Positions 48,515-61,275 of a DNA stretch of 64,000 bases are shown here, one piece after another. The stretch lies in assembly GCF_018350175.1 (NCBI RefSeq), contig NC_058381.1:22754001-22818000 (forward strand), in the 5' to 3' direction. Under the pieces are notes generated by a model. That model saw nothing but the letters and a program-made list of their open reading frames with translations, did not search any database and had not been told where the DNA came from. The position numbers and the translations under genes are program-made. Origin of the DNA: Felis catus. Taxonomy: Eukaryota. Numbering within the stretch: position 1 is the stretch's first letter; the number at the start of each line of letters is the position of its first letter.

Positions 48515-49810
48515 GCACTGCAGGTCACCCAGCATACCGAATTGTGCTTCGTGTTGACAGCCGGGCTGGCTGCCATTCACCTTCCTAGCTTCTGCCAGGA
48601 CCGAGAGTCTGGGTCGGGGGCTGGGGGGATATGGAACATATCCCCCTTTCCCTGGGGGAGGAAGAAATGTTAAAGACTAAAACGCACATACACTGGGATA
48701 AACAGCAACACTGGACAGAGGTGGTGGCAGCTCGTTGATTGTCAACAAGCTCTGGAAGGACGTGGCGCAAAGTGCACAGGTTATGGGGCAGGGTCTGCTC
48801 TAATCCTAGTTTTTCCTGGATGTGAGGGCACGGACAAACCATCTAAGATTCCTGGGCTGTTTCAGGGAGGTGAGAACCCTACGGGCAGGACAGTAGGGGT
48901 CCCATGAGGATCACGTGAGCACATAGAACGAGTGCACAGGGTAGGAACTCCGCCACTGGTGGCCCCCTTTGCCCTTCCTGCAGCCTCCCTGCAGAGACAC
49001 ACAAGGTGGAGACGGAGCACATCCAGATGATATGCAAAATCACAAAGGCATGGTGGGCAGGGGATAAGAGGTTAGAAATGCCGTGGCCTTGAGCAGTCCG
49101 TACAAGAATCCAACTGCCGGAGCATTGAAACGGGACAAAGGCAGGATGCATGGGAGGCAAGACTTTGTTCAAGCATTTGAGGACATCTGGTGGGGATTCC
49201 TTTCACTGTGTGACAGTCCTTATGGGGCAGAGAACCATCCTCCCATGTCACATCACACCCACTTCTGCTAGAGCCCTCACCACTGCACGCTGTTAGAGGG
49301 AGCCCCCTGGGACAGCGGTCACCTTCTGCTCTGTACCCTGAGAGCCCGGCACAGTGCTTGGTGCACTGCAGGAGCTCAGTGTGTTGTGTGAGAGAGGGGC
49401 AGACAAAAGAAGCCCTAGAACAACACTGGCCCGCACAACTCCATGGGCTGGTGAAGGTGTTCTCCATCTGTGCCGTCCGGTGCAGTGAGTAGCCTTCAGC
49501 TAGCATCACAGAACTGCACTTCTAACCATGTGGAATTCTGGTAAACACAGCCACATGTCGCTAGCATCTGCCACACTGGACAGCACAAGCTCACATCATC
49601 CTCTGGCCACTATCCTATGGCTTCCACCAGCGCCCCCAGCCCCAACGAGCCTCTCCCTTGTAGGCACAAGAGAAAGAGAAGAAAGGCCACCTCCCAGCCA
49701 GTATGGCTTTGGTATAGCCCAGAGGGAAGGGTTAGACAGACTGACTCAGCACAGCCCTTGGGTGAGCCTTGGGGACAAGGAATTAACCCGAACACACAAA
49801 ATAAAAGTTA

Positions 49811-49816
49811 TTTATT
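49811..49816 (-). terminator. NLE1: Candidate NLE1 poly(A) signal AATAAA
   Basis: Minus-strand AATAAA about 320 nt downstream of the stop. Confidence 0.65.
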
Positions 49817-50138
49817 TGGTCACAGGATCCAGGGTCTGATGCTGAATAGAGAGAACATTCAGGAAAGGAGGAGGGGCAGCAGCAAGGGTCTGGTCACTGC
49901 CTGACCCCCCCCCCCCCGCCCCGCCCCAAGCAAGGTATGGAGTAACGGCCAACGTCTGAGCCCAGTGATATTTTCCCGTAACTTCGACCTCCTGCTCTGG
50001 GGAGGGACCTCACTGGGATCTGTCCAAGGACAGCTGACCACACTGGTTCACAGGGGCACCACCCTGGCCTTTGGTCTCTGTCAGGGTGGGCACTGGCAGC
50101 AGCTGAGTCCAGGTAGGAGTCCAAGAACTTGGGATTTC

Positions 50139-50151
50139 TCATCTCCTCCAT
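50139..50151 (-). CDS. NLE1: NLE1 exon 13 (13 coding nt)
   Basis: tttccacag|A TGG AGG AGA TGA = (I)WRR*. Confidence 0.93.
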
Positions 50152-53100
50152 CTGTGGAAAAGGGGAGGGAACAGCATGGGGATCCTATCTTGGGAAGGGG
50201 AGACTGCCATATAATCCCAGGAGCCCACTACGGGGGAGAACCTGTATTCACTTGGTCATTAAGAGACTGGCTACCATTTCTGCTCTGGCCACCCAAACTC
50301 ACGCTGGGCACCCACTGCCTGCCCCGGCCGAGACCTCATCCCAGGGCCTGGCCTCTCAGATGCCCACCAAGGTCATCTGATAGCAAACAATGACAACATT
50401 TACAAGTACACGTGCTTTGGGTTCCCAAGTGTGTTCGCCTCCTATCTTTGATCTTCCCATCTACTGAGGCTTGACAACTCTCAGGAGGCAGGTGAACCAC
50501 GCTCTTCAAAACCGCACAATGAAAGTCGGAACCAGGATTGGAACTAGGTGTGACGCCTTCAAAACCCAGTGTTCTAAGAACTACTGCCTCATGCTGGAGG
50601 GACTCTGGGCTCACCCTTCGGAGAGCACCGTCAGGGTCTCCCATAATCACTGTAATTCTGCAGTTCTCCCTCTTAACCACCGAGAGAACGTGGCACCACA
50701 CGCTGTCCTAGGTACCTGGAGAACCCTTAGAATTCTACGCCAGAAGGGAAAGGTGCAAGGAGTGGCCAACTTAAGGGCAGGAGAGCCAAGCACACCAACC
50801 GCCACCTCCCCAAAACTCACATCCGGAGGCATTTGTCCTTCCCACCACTTGCCACTCTCTGGCCATCTGGACTCCAGTCGACAGCATATACCTAAACGGA
50901 GGTGGGGATGGGGAGAAGCAGGTAAGGTGTGGGGGGGGGGGGCAGCAGGGCCAGGCTTCAACCCCTACCTGCCCCACCTTTGCTCACGAGGTCAGCCATA
51001 CCTCATCTGCGTGGCCTGGAAGATCAGCAGCCAGCTTCTGGCCCTTCACATCCCACACCTTCAGCGTGCTGTCACTGCTACCACTGACCAGGAGCCGGCT
51101 ATCGGCTGACCACGCAATCTGGTACACAGCAGCCACGTGGCCACGCAGGGAAGCCAGGTACCTGGGCCAGGAAAGTGATGATGGGTATTAGGTCTGAAGG
51201 GGCCCCTGTGCCCTCCGTATCTGGACAACTTTGCATGACTTCGAATCCAGTGTAGTCCCTGCTCAGCCCATCTGCCTGATACCCCCCTAACACAAGTTGC
51301 TTGCTGACAAGTGGCATGGAGTAGTGAGCCAGGCTCACCTGGCACTTCCAGGTCAATACAGATTAGCTATGTCTATTTGGACAAGTCATTAGGACTTGTC
51401 ATTTTGGACAAGTCTCTGAGACTCAGTTTCCTTATCTTGAAAAAGAAGGGAACGACCTATTTCAAAGACCGCTATACGGAAACCCACAATGGCCGAGACA
51501 GCAAGGCCCCAGCAAGGGTTTCCCTCGTCCCCTTTCTCTTCTTGCCCGTGCCTTTGCCTCTCTGCTGACCTGATTAACCTCAAGGGCACAGTATCTCGTT
51601 ATACTGAGGCTTCTCAGACTTCAACGGGAGCAGAATCAGCTGATGACTTATATTAAGATGCAGATTCTGATTCTTAAGGTCTGGAGTGGGGCCCAAGACT
51701 CTGATTTCTATCAAGCTCCCAGGTGATGCTGCAGCAGCTGGTCTGTGGACCACACTTTGAGGGGGGCCGGAAAATGACTGCAGCTCAAGTCTACACTTCT
51801 GCTGCAATCCCGGCTGTCTTAAGGTCATTTCTCTTCTTTGATACAAAAGGAACTAGCACTTCAGTGCCCATTTATTGCCAGTCCTAAATATACCATCTCC
51901 CTTAGTCCTTGTAACAAAGCTGAGAGGTAGGTCTGCATATTACAAAAGAGGAGACAAGGCTCAGAATATCCAAATGCTTGCCAAGGCCACGCAGCAAGTA
52001 AGTGACACAGCCAAGCTCCTTCTAGAGGACCAGTGCCCTTCCTCTCCCTCCCCATGCCTCCACTCACCTGCCTGTCCTGCCATCCCACAGTTTGATGGAC
52101 TTGTCAAAGGAGGCACTGGCGATGATGCGGGAGTCAGGGGAGAAGAGCACCTGGTTGATGAGGGCCTGGTGTCCCGTCATCCGTGCGAGGGGCTTCTTGT
52201 CCTCTGCTGGGGACCACAGGAATAAGGTGAAGTCGTCTGAACCAGACACTAGCCTCTCTGGGCCCTGGCCCTAGGAGAGGCAGAAAGCACACCGTGTTGG
52301 GCACGGTCTCAGACAGGAGAGCCCGACCTGGGCAGCAAACGCACCACTGACTGCCCAACACCAGCACGGAGGCCAGGACTAGGAGAAATGAGGCCCGGCC
52401 TGCTACCAACTCACATGGGACCCCTGGCAGTCACTTCCCGCAAAAGGAAATGTTATGCACCTGGGATAATTTCTAAGATACATAATCACAAGAAAAAGCA
52501 AGGTACAGAATAGTGTACTAAAAAAGGGAAAGATTTTATGTGTGGGTTTGTACACACGTGTATGTATGCTGCATCCTGTGTACACATACACGTGTATGTG
52601 GAGGTATGAAGTCTCTGGAAGGAAAGACAGGACACTAGTAGCTCTGGATGTTTCCAGAAGGAAAGGATGGATGGGCAACAGAGACGGGAGACTTCTTCAC
52701 CATCTACCTTTTTGTGTTCTTTGAAGCCTCGACCATATGAATGTGCTACTTAAATTAAACACAATAAAAAATACAGAAAATGCAATAAACAGATAAGCAA
52801 GTGAACACAACAAAATCACATGGTCCTATACATTAAGATTTCAGGATTAAAAACTAGGATTTTCATGAAGAACTTTCTGGAAGAGGAACGTCTGAGCTAG
52901 GCCTAGAAGGGGGAGAGGACTGAGTGCCTGCAGAGGGTTTGAGAGACCAGTGGAGGAAGAGTAGGGAGCCGGGCATGCTGGCGGCAGGCACACACTCACC
53001 CGCACGAGGCTGTATCGGCTCAGAGCCCTTTCCTTCAACTCCTGCACTGTGGCCAGGTACCAGAGGGGAGAGGAAGAGATGAGGAACAAGGCTGATTAGA

Positions 53101-56100
53101 AAATCCAACACAAATGGCAAACACCCCCGGCCCAGGTTGCACACTAAGCCCAAGAACCGGCTCCTTCCCAGGTGGCCCTCTCCCACGCACTCACAGGACC
53201 CTCGGAGATCTTGGGCGTTAACCGAGGCCTCAGCTGGCTCGAAGGCGCCCGTGCGCAGGGCGTAGTCAGTGCTGAGTGCCATGGTGTTCACCCAGTGGCC
53301 GTGGCCTTGCAGGGTCCGGCACAGCACACCCTAGGGCAGAGGAAGACCGGTCAGACGCATACCCACCCTACTCTCCACCCTAGGGAACTGGTACCCCCAG
53401 ATTAGCCCCAGAAGACAGCGACATGGGACTCAGAATTAGGTCCCTCGTTCATTGTGATCTTAATCAAATCTCACCGCTCTGGGCTGAAGTCTCTCCTCAC
53501 TTACAAAATGCAGGTACTGGCCCAGATTGTTGTTTCCAAAAGTATGTTTCATGGAAAGGAACTTAAGTATGTGAGAAGAAAAGGGTTCCAGTCAAGTAAC
53601 TATGGGATGTGGCAGGTTTAATAAAGTTAACAACAGGCTTCCTGAAGCGGCAATTTCTGAACCACGTTAATGAACACTGGAACCTCCACTATCATGCAGC
53701 ACCAACCACAGGAACCCACTGTTCCTGAAGCACCTCCTGCCACCCGGATCCCAGAACACACTGGTCAACATTCCTTCCAGCCCTGGCATCTCATGGCCCG
53801 AGATTTCCCCAGGTTGCTCTCTGGACCCTCCCAGCTCTTACATCNNNNNNNNNNNNNNNNNNNNNNNNNNNNNNNNNNNNNNNNNNNNNNNNNNNNNNNN
53901 NNNNNNNNNNNNNNNNNNNNNNNNNNNNNNNNNNNNNNNNNNNNNNNNNNNNNNNNNNNNNNNNNNNNNNNNNNNNCCAGACCCGCACGCTGCCATCCTT
54001 GGAGCTGCTGGCCACATAGCGGCACTCGGGGTTCCTGGAGAGGGGAAGGGAGATGTGGCCCCACTTCTGATGTGGGAACAGCAATAGCACCACCCCCCCC
54101 TTCTTAGCTCAAAGGCCAGGGACAATGACTCAACAGCTTCCTGACTCCAAGACCCAGCTGCATTGCAAGGCAACTCTCAGGGCCTATGATGAACAGCCCC
54201 CTCTCAAGCAGCAACAGATTTGGAAGCCCTAGCCCACTGCCCGCCATGCCAGTACTGTCAGTCGGGCTGGCCATCCCACCCCCTGAGGCAAAACCCCTCT
54301 GCATCAAGCAAGGGAGGAGACCACCTTGAAGCCCTGGCTCCTCACTTCCCCCAGTTCTGTGAGCATCACTTACACGTGGAGGGGCTCCCAGCTCAGGCCT
54401 GTGATCCACTTGCTGTGGCCAGCGAGGGGCCTGCCCACCTGCTTCCCTGTGCTTGGGTCCCACAGGAGAATCTGAGGGACAGAAGCTTACTGAATAACCC
54501 TCTCCATCCTGTCCCTAGGTCCACCAAAGTTCCCGCCCACTGCCCCCAATCCATCTTTCCCTGAAGGCCCCAGAACCTCACTTGACCCATGTCCTAGGAA
54601 GGAAGCCCAGAGTCCCTGACTGGTTACCATGACCACCATCTACCTGGCCATTCTTGCAGCCCGAGGCCAACTTCTTGCCATCTGGGGACCAGGATATGCT
54701 AAGGACCCAGTGTCTGTGTCCTAGGAAAGCAGGGGAGGGAGAAAGCAAGGAGCACATATCTGTCTTTATCCCCAGTACCTAGCACGCCTGACACGCTGCA
54801 GAAACTCCTCAACTAGCCCGAGAATAAATGATTGGTCAAACCAAAGGGGAGACGCAGTTTTCTAGGCAAAGGAAGAATTCATCCCAAGTGCTACAGCCGT
54901 GCATCCTGCTGCATAGATAGTACTTCCGCTAATAATTCCTTCCATGATACGTGGTATAAAGTTTCAGATCCTTTTTTTTTTTTTTTTTTACCTTGACCAA
55001 AAGTAAGAAATGCATGCTACGTGGAAATCTAGGATACTCATACATACACATGAAACTAAAACACATTTCACCAACCAGTAATTACTCTACGTGTGATGTG
55101 CTCTGGAATTTGCTTAAGGGTATGGAGCAAAGCAAAAATTATTCCCAATTTTCCAGATGACAAAACTGAAGCTTAGGGAGCAGGCCCTACCCACACAAGG
55201 TCACCCAGCTAGTGTGACCTAAAACTAGCAGCATCAGCACCAGCTGGAAACTTGAAATGCAAATTCTCAGGCCTCATCCCAGAACTAAAGAGACAAAAAC
55301 TCAGGGGTGGGGCCCAGCAACCTGTAGGTTAACAAGCCTCCCTGCTGATTCTGATGCTCAAGTTTGAGAACCACTGTGGTGGAGGTTGGATTTAAGGCAG
55401 GTTCTCCTTGCTACTCAGCACAACTCACAACCCCACACTGACTCTCTGGTCCAGTCTCTGGAAGTGGCTGGCTGGGTTCAAGGATAGCCTCTACCTAGAA
55501 GCAGGCAGCTGCTAACTGGGTTAAGGGGTTGAATTGGCTCTGGGCCTCCTCAGAAACTAAAGAGCTGAGTAAATGATCACCCACCTACCACTGGGTTAAG
55601 ACCCTCCCTCTAAATGGCTAACTGCATACTGACCCTGGCATGTGAAATGCGGTGTCTCGGTGCTGAGATCCCAGAAGCGCACAGTGGTGTCTCCGGAGCC
55701 ACTGGCCAGGTACCTGAGGAAGAAGAGAGGACACCTGACCTCTGCAGTGGGGACAAGGGGTAGGGCTTACACCAAAACAGGGCACATGTGCATTCTGGCT
55801 GCCTATTCAATTGTCTTCTGCGTGTACAGTCTGGGACTGGACTTTTCTCCCTCCCCTGAAGAGAAGTATAACACTGATACCATATGGGAGAAGAACCCCC
55901 TACCTCAAGGCAGCCATATCTCTCTTCTTCCTTTCTAAAAGGAATGGCCACAGCCATAATCAGATTTAGAGTTTCTCGTTATCTGTGTAGGATTGCGAAA
56001 AGCAAACAAACTCAGTTTCACAGATGATGAAATAAGTCAGAAAGTGATTTGTCTGGGGCACACAGCCAGGAAGCCTACAGTTCAGCTCTCCTGAGATCAA

Positions 56101-57772
56101 GGCCAAGAAAGGCCCTTCCAAGATGGGTGTCCTTCAAAACCAAACCCCACTGGGGAAGTCCTCTACCTGGAACCCGTGCCCTGAGCTCAGGTCTATGATA
56201 GGCAGCCTGAGGTCCCATTGATTGTTAACTTGGGGTATCTGCCCCACCCCAGCCAGAGGCTGTACCCCCACACTCTATTCCACGATTCTGCAACTGTCCT
56301 TACTTTCCTGTGGGGCTGAAGGCCACAGAAATGACTGCCTCGCTGTGACCTTCCAAAGAGCTGGTGCAGCGGGTCACAGCACGGACCCTGAAGATAGCCT
56401 GTGGCTGGTAGATGATGTCAAGGACCTTCTCTGTCTCCACTGCCTGTGACTCCAGCGTCTTCCCCAGTGATGAGACGATCTCAGCATCGTGGACAAAGAA
56501 AGCCAGCGGCACGGGATCCTCCTAGAGGGCAATGGCAAAGGGCAACTCCTCCATCAAAGGATAGGAGCCAGGGGTGCTCCCCAGTGTGCTGTGGCCAGGT
56601 GAAGCTTCATTCTCTCCAGCCATGGCGTGGGTACCCCCACCATGCCCACCCAAAAAGGCCTCTTTTATCCTCCAAGAGCAACTGCAAGATACTTAAAATA
56701 GTACTTTAAAATCCTTTATCTGCATTTCACAACAACCCTGGGAGGCAGGCATTCATATTCCCACTTGACAGATGAAAAAACTTGAGGCTCAGAGCAGCTA
56801 ATTAACGCAACGTCATATTGGTAACGACTAATCCAGAAAGAAAACTGAAGTCCAGAATTAGTGTCAGTATACAGGATCATGCGGCGTTTTCTAAACTGCT
56901 ACACCATGATGTACAATGTGTAAGAAGCATCCAAAACTCTGGCTGAAAACACAGACTCTGCCTTACCCCAGGGTCTGGTGTAGTAAACCTGGGGTGGGGT
57001 CTAGGTATTATATTTTTAAGCCCCCAGCCCCCCACCCCACCCCACCCCACTATAATGATGAATGGCCCCACTGATTTAGAAGACCACGGGTTTTGAACCT
57101 GACATTCGGGTTCTAATTCCCAATCTACCACCTACGACATAGCATCGTACAAATAATTTACTGCCTCTGGGCCACACTGTCAGATGGGGATATTAACGAG
57201 GAGCTGCGTCGCGGAATCTGACGAGGTACGTTCAAAACGCGCGGTCTCTCTTCCCAGGTGGACCTCGCAGGTCGAAGCGTAAAGCGCTGTCACACGAAAT
57301 ACATCTCCTGACCGTCCCCCGACGTAGGTGGCACTGCCACGGACGCGCGCCAGGGTGGTTCTCCCAGTGTCGGCGAGCGCTGGGACCCCCGAAACCCCAG
57401 ACCTTGGATCTCCCGGTCCCCTGCAGGCCGGCCCAGAGCAGGCCCTCCCGCCCGGGGGAGGAAAGAGGCGGCCGGGCCGCCGCTCACCTGGGCCAGCAGC
57501 GCGTTGCACACGAGCTGCAGCTTGTCCGGGGTGATGTCCACGGGCACGTCGAACGGGGAGCCCAGCAGCTGCCCGCCCTCATCCTGGAACTGCACCAGCA
57601 GCCGCTGCACGTCGCGCGCCGCCGCCTCGTCCTGTGCCTACAAGCGCCGCGGGGGTCAGCCACGCCGCCGGGCTGGAAGGCCCCCACTGCCGCTTCCCTC
57701 TGAGCTCGGGGACCCCGGGCCGGAGCGCCCCCACTCCCATTCACTCACACCCACCGCCGCCGCCGCCGCCAT
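50139..57772 (-). CDS. NLE1: Notchless homolog 1 (NLE1/Rsa4; NLE domain plus WD40 repeats, 60S biogenesis), 487 aa, 13 exons: 57772-57749, 57631-57488, 56521-56304, 55713-55634, 54720-54644, 54471-54374, 54034-53842 (internal Ns), 53330-53195, 53046-53000, 52270-52068, 51161-51002, 50891-50821, 50151-50139
   Basis: [38 protein letters not shown]...WD40 repeats ([36 protein letters not shown])...CLRIWRR*; all junctions GT-AG and frame-consistent. Confidence 0.97.
50821..50891 (-). CDS. NLE1: NLE1 exon 12
   Basis: [23 protein letters not shown](I). Confidence 0.97.
51002..51161 (-). CDS. NLE1: NLE1 exon 11
   Basis: [53 protein letters not shown]. Confidence 0.97.
51600..51765 (-). mobile_element. 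MER5A fragment
   Basis: ATGCAGATTCTGATTC...GGTCTGGAGTGGGGCCCAAGA...GACCACACTTTGAG. Confidence 0.72.
52068..52270 (-). CDS. NLE1: NLE1 exon 10
   Basis: [67 protein letters not shown](R). Confidence 0.97.
53000..53046 (-). CDS. NLE1: NLE1 exon 9
   Basis: (L)[15 protein letters not shown]. Confidence 0.96.
53195..53330 (-). CDS. NLE1: NLE1 exon 8
   Basis: [45 protein letters not shown]. Confidence 0.97.
53842..54034 (-). CDS. NLE1: NLE1 exon 7 (53845-53976 is N)
   Basis: [19 protein letters not shown] [132 N] D; donor GAT|GTAAGA. Confidence 0.9.
53845..53976. other. N-run, 132 nt (inside NLE1 exon 7)
   Basis: Direct. Confidence 1.
54374..54471 (-). CDS. NLE1: NLE1 exon 6
   Basis: [32 protein letters not shown](V). 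Confidence 0.96.
54644..54720 (-). CDS. NLE1: NLE1 exon 5
   Basis: [25 protein letters not shown]. Confidence 0.97.
55200..55378 (+). mobile_element. MER5A fragment
   Basis: CAGCAGCATCAGCACCAGCTGGAAACTTG...AATGCAAATTCTCAGGCC...AGTTTGAGAACCACTG. Confidence 0.75.
55634..55713 (-). CDS. NLE1: NLE1 exon 4
   Basis: [26 protein letters not shown](G). Confidence 0.97.
56304..56521 (-). CDS. NLE1: NLE1 exon 3
   Basis: [72 protein letters not shown](K). Confidence 0.97.
57488..57631 (-). CDS. NLE1: NLE1 exon 2
   Basis: [48 protein letters not shown]. Confidence 0.96.
57749..57772 (-). CDS. NLE1: NLE1 exon 1 (coding part)
   Basis: ATG (GCG)5 GTG GGT|GTGAGT. Confidence 0.9.
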
Positions 57773-57853
57773 CCCGCGTTCGCACGTGGAGGAAAAAGAC
57801 TCAGGCGGGACGGAGCGCCGCCCCCGGGGGTAGGGCGGCGCTGCAGCCCGCGA

Positions 57854-57869
57854 CAGCGCCCTCTGGTGT
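57854..57869 (-). promoter_or_regulatory. CTCF motif
   Basis: Minus strand reads ACACCAGAGGGCGCTG; binding not shown. Confidence 0.65.
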
Positions 57870-58778
57870 GGCGGAGGGGACGTGTCACGCCGTGCCGGCC
57901 AGGCTTCGGCAGTGGGAGCACCTGGTACCTGCTTCCACAGCCCCATCTTGGACAGGTGGCTGTCACCCCGACCCAGTCCATCCCAGTGTCGTGCAGGATA
58001 CAAACAGCCTTTTGTCTCTGCAGAACAGGGATTTTTGCCCCACTTCATAGGTGGGGAAATCGAGGCTCTGAGCGGTTGACTTTCCCCCAAATCAGAGACC
58101 GGAAATGGCAGAAGACTAAATTGGGTTGGCTCTGACAGCAGCTCCCCTGCATGGGTGGTCTAGGAAACTAGAGACTGTTGGGTTACAGGCAAGAAATTAT
58201 TATTCTTTTTTAAATGGACCAAATCGATTCATAATTCTTGAGTACAAAAGCAAAAAATGTCTGCAGTTTTCAACACTGCAAAACAATAACAATAATGATG
58301 ATAACGAGAGCAGTGTGTCAGGCATTGTTCCAAGCGTGTCACACATAGAACTCGTTAAATCCCCACCTTCCTCTCCCCACATTACAGATGAGGAACTGAA
58401 GCGCAGACCCACTAACATGAGGGCTCTTACCAGAAACCTGGGGTCTTCCTTGGCAGCTCTCCCCACATCTGGACGGTATCATGCTTGGTCAGGCTGGCCT
58501 CCTTAACCTGTCCTGAATTTGTTCTCTCCATCTCCACTATTACACTTTGGACTGAGTCACCGTGGTTGCCTACAAAAGCCTCTTCACTTGCCTCTCTGTT
58601 TCCACTCTTGCCTCTTCCGATGTATCCTCCACACTGCCACTGGGGTGACGTTTTCCAACCAAAAATCTGGTCTGTCACTCTCCACCCTAAAACCCTACAA
58701 TGTCTCCCATAATAAGCAGGACAAAAATCAAACTCCTTATGATGGCCCACTCAGCCTTACTTACCTCTCCAGCCACTC

Positions 58779-58786
<8 letters not shown>

Positions 58787-58810
<24 letters not shown>

Positions 58811-59020
58811 TCTCTCTCTTTTTAATGTTTATTTATTTTTGAGAGAGAGAGAGAGCACAAGTTGGGGAGGGACAGAGAGAGAGGGAGACACAGATTCTGA
58901 AGCAGGCTCCAGGCTCTGAGCTGTCAGCACAGAGTTTGATGTGGGGCTTGAGCTCGTGAACCGCGAGATCATGACCTGAGCCGAAGCCTGACGCTTAATC
59001 AACTGAGCCACCCAGACACC
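58787..59020 (-). mobile_element. CAN-SINE
   Basis: TSD CCACTCCTCTCTCT at 58773-58786 and 59021-59034. Confidence 0.9.
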
Positions 59021-59143
59021 CCACTCCTCTCTCTTTAAGATTAAATTCTTCTGGCTTTTGCTTAGTTCTTCTAAGGTATGACCCTTCTTACATCGGTGCC
59101 TTTGTATGTGCAGACTTCTCTGCCTGGAACTTTGATGGGCAGA

Positions 59144-59272
59144 NNNNNNNNNNNNNNNNNNNNNNNNNNNNNNNNNNNNNNNNNNNNNNNNNNNNNNNNN
59201 NNNNNNNNNNNNNNNNNNNNNNNNNNNNNNNNNNNNNNNNNNNNNNNNNNNNNNNNNNNNNNNNNNNNNNNN
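59144..59272. other. N-run, 129 nt
   Basis: Direct. Confidence 1.
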
Positions 59273-59780
59273 GGACTGGTGTCCTCAGAAGGAAGAGATA
59301 CCAGATATTACCTCTCTTTCTATTTCTCCTCCTTTCCCCTCTCCTCACATGGAGGAGAAGCCATATGAAGACACAGTGAAAAGGTGGACATCTACAAGCC
59401 AGGAAGAGAAGCCTCACCAGAAACCAATGTTGGTGGCACCTTGATCTTAAACTTCTAGACTCCAGAACTGTGGAAAAATACATTTCACTTATTCAAGCCA
59501 TCCCACCTGAGGTGGTTTTTTTTTTTTTAAGTTTATTTATTTATTTCGAGAGAGAGTGAGAGACAGAGAGAGCGCAGGAGTGGGAGAGGAGCAAAAGGAG
59601 AGGGAGAGAGAGAATCCCAAGCAGGCTCCACCCTCAGTGCTGAGCCTGATGCAGGGCTCAATCTCATGACCTCCAGATCACGACCTGAGCCAAAATTAAG
59701 AGTCAGCCCTTAAGGTACTGGGCCACCCAGGCGCCTTCTGCCTGTGGTATTTTGTTATAGCAGCCTGAGCAGCTGAAGAC
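59273..59780 (+). mobile_element. MLT1A/B-like LTR (5' part probably inside the N-run) with an inserted CAN-SINE 59515-59735 (-)
   Basis: GGACTGGTGTCCT, CAAGCCAGGAAGAGAAGCCTCACCAGAAACC, CTCCAGAACTGTG, TTTTGTTATAGCAGCCTGAGC. Confidence 0.8.
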
Positions 59781-61275
59781 AGGGACAATTCCTCATTCTT
59801 CAAGTCTTGCCTGAAATATACATGCATTCATTCAACAAATGTCTCTGCCAAACATTGTTCTAGGAACTCTACATATATTAATTCATTTAATCATTCACTC
59901 AGGAAGCTTTCTCTGAAACAATGCCATGTTTCCCTATTATGTGTTTTCACAACATCCTGGTATTCTTTGTATTTAGGAATCACAGATCCGTGGAATTATT
60001 TCATCCATTTATTCATCGAATATGGTTGAGTACCTACTATGTACGCACTGTGATAGCCACGTGAAATATGTAAGTGAACAAAATAGACACAAATCCTTGC
60101 CCTCATGAGTGGTCTCTGCTTTCACTGTCATTCACAGTTCCTGCTACATAGTAGATGCTTACAAATTGACATGGAGTGAATTACTGAATCAGGATTTGAA
60201 TCTAAGATTCCTAGGACCTAAAGTCAGAGAACCTCAGTTTTCTTCCAGTGGCAGGATCCTTTATTCCATTGCTTCATTACTACAAGAGCACTTGCCCCAC
60301 AAAGGGGCCCAGGGTTTAGGACACCATGATGGCAGGGAATCCCTTCCTCCATTCATTCCTTCATTCATTTATTCAGTCAACAAACCTGCAACAGACAAAT
60401 ATGCATCAGAGCTGGGCCTTGGGTCCAGCAGGACAGCAGAACTTGTCCACAGTCATAGCTGTGTGTCCAAGGTTACCGATCAAAGAGCAGAATCTTCAGT
60501 GCGTTTCTCTGCCATGGTCAGGTAGGTTTGAAGATGTATGGGGAGAGGGGGCAGAATTGTGGTAAGAAAAGCATCAACAGGAAGACATCATTCATTCATT
60601 CATTCATTCATTCAGGAAACCCGCGTTGGGCACTCACTCTGCCAGCCTCTGTGCCAGGGTACGTCAAACTTGCAATGAGATGCTGTCTTTACCCTGTGGG
60701 AGGGAGCTCACAGCCTAGGCTTGGAGACACTGGGAGGTGAGAGAGTTCTGAGTCCAACTAGGAACAGACTCAAATTTGTCTCAGGAACCCTCAGTCAGAT
60801 GAGAAGAAACAAGTCCTGCCCCAGGGGAGACCTGTTTTGTTCTTCCTTCTTGTCCCAGGAAGACCCTCTTTTGATGAGGGAGACTCAGCTGATCCCAGGA
60901 GAGGTCCCAGGTGGGGGGGGGGGTACGGTCCTCGGGCTCAGGGAATTCCAGACTGACCTAGCTCTGACCAAGAAGAAGCCTATAATCTAGTGGGGGACAT
61001 TAAGAGCCCACCCTCTCTGTCTACTGGGAAGGGTAGGCTGAATGCATCCACTCCACACGGATGGGGGACACAGGAGAAGGCATGCAAACCAAAACAAAGC
61101 ACCCATTTCCACTAAACTTGAACTAGTAAGCCCCTCTGTCTTTCAGAAAAGGAGGGACATTTCAACAACGAGTACTGGAGGGGTTGGGGAGTTGTGGGCA
61201 AGTGGAAGAGAGGGAGGAACTCTCCTCCCTCCAGAAGGGCATTTCTGGAAGTCTCCAGTTGGTCCTGGACCTGGG

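Larger units (their letters stand above)
57180..57920 (-). promoter_or_regulatory. NLE1: CpG island promoter of NLE1
   Basis: CpG-dense region over exons 1-2; E-box CACGTG 57783-57788. Confidence 0.85.

Noticed and set aside
50471-51109. 212-aa + strand ORF
   Set aside because: Antisense to NLE1 exons 11-12 and introns; no protein-like features
57180-57509. CpG-rich NLE1 intron 2 with + strand donor and acceptor-like motifs
   Set aside because: Putative intron is only about 33 nt; explained by the tail of the CpG island
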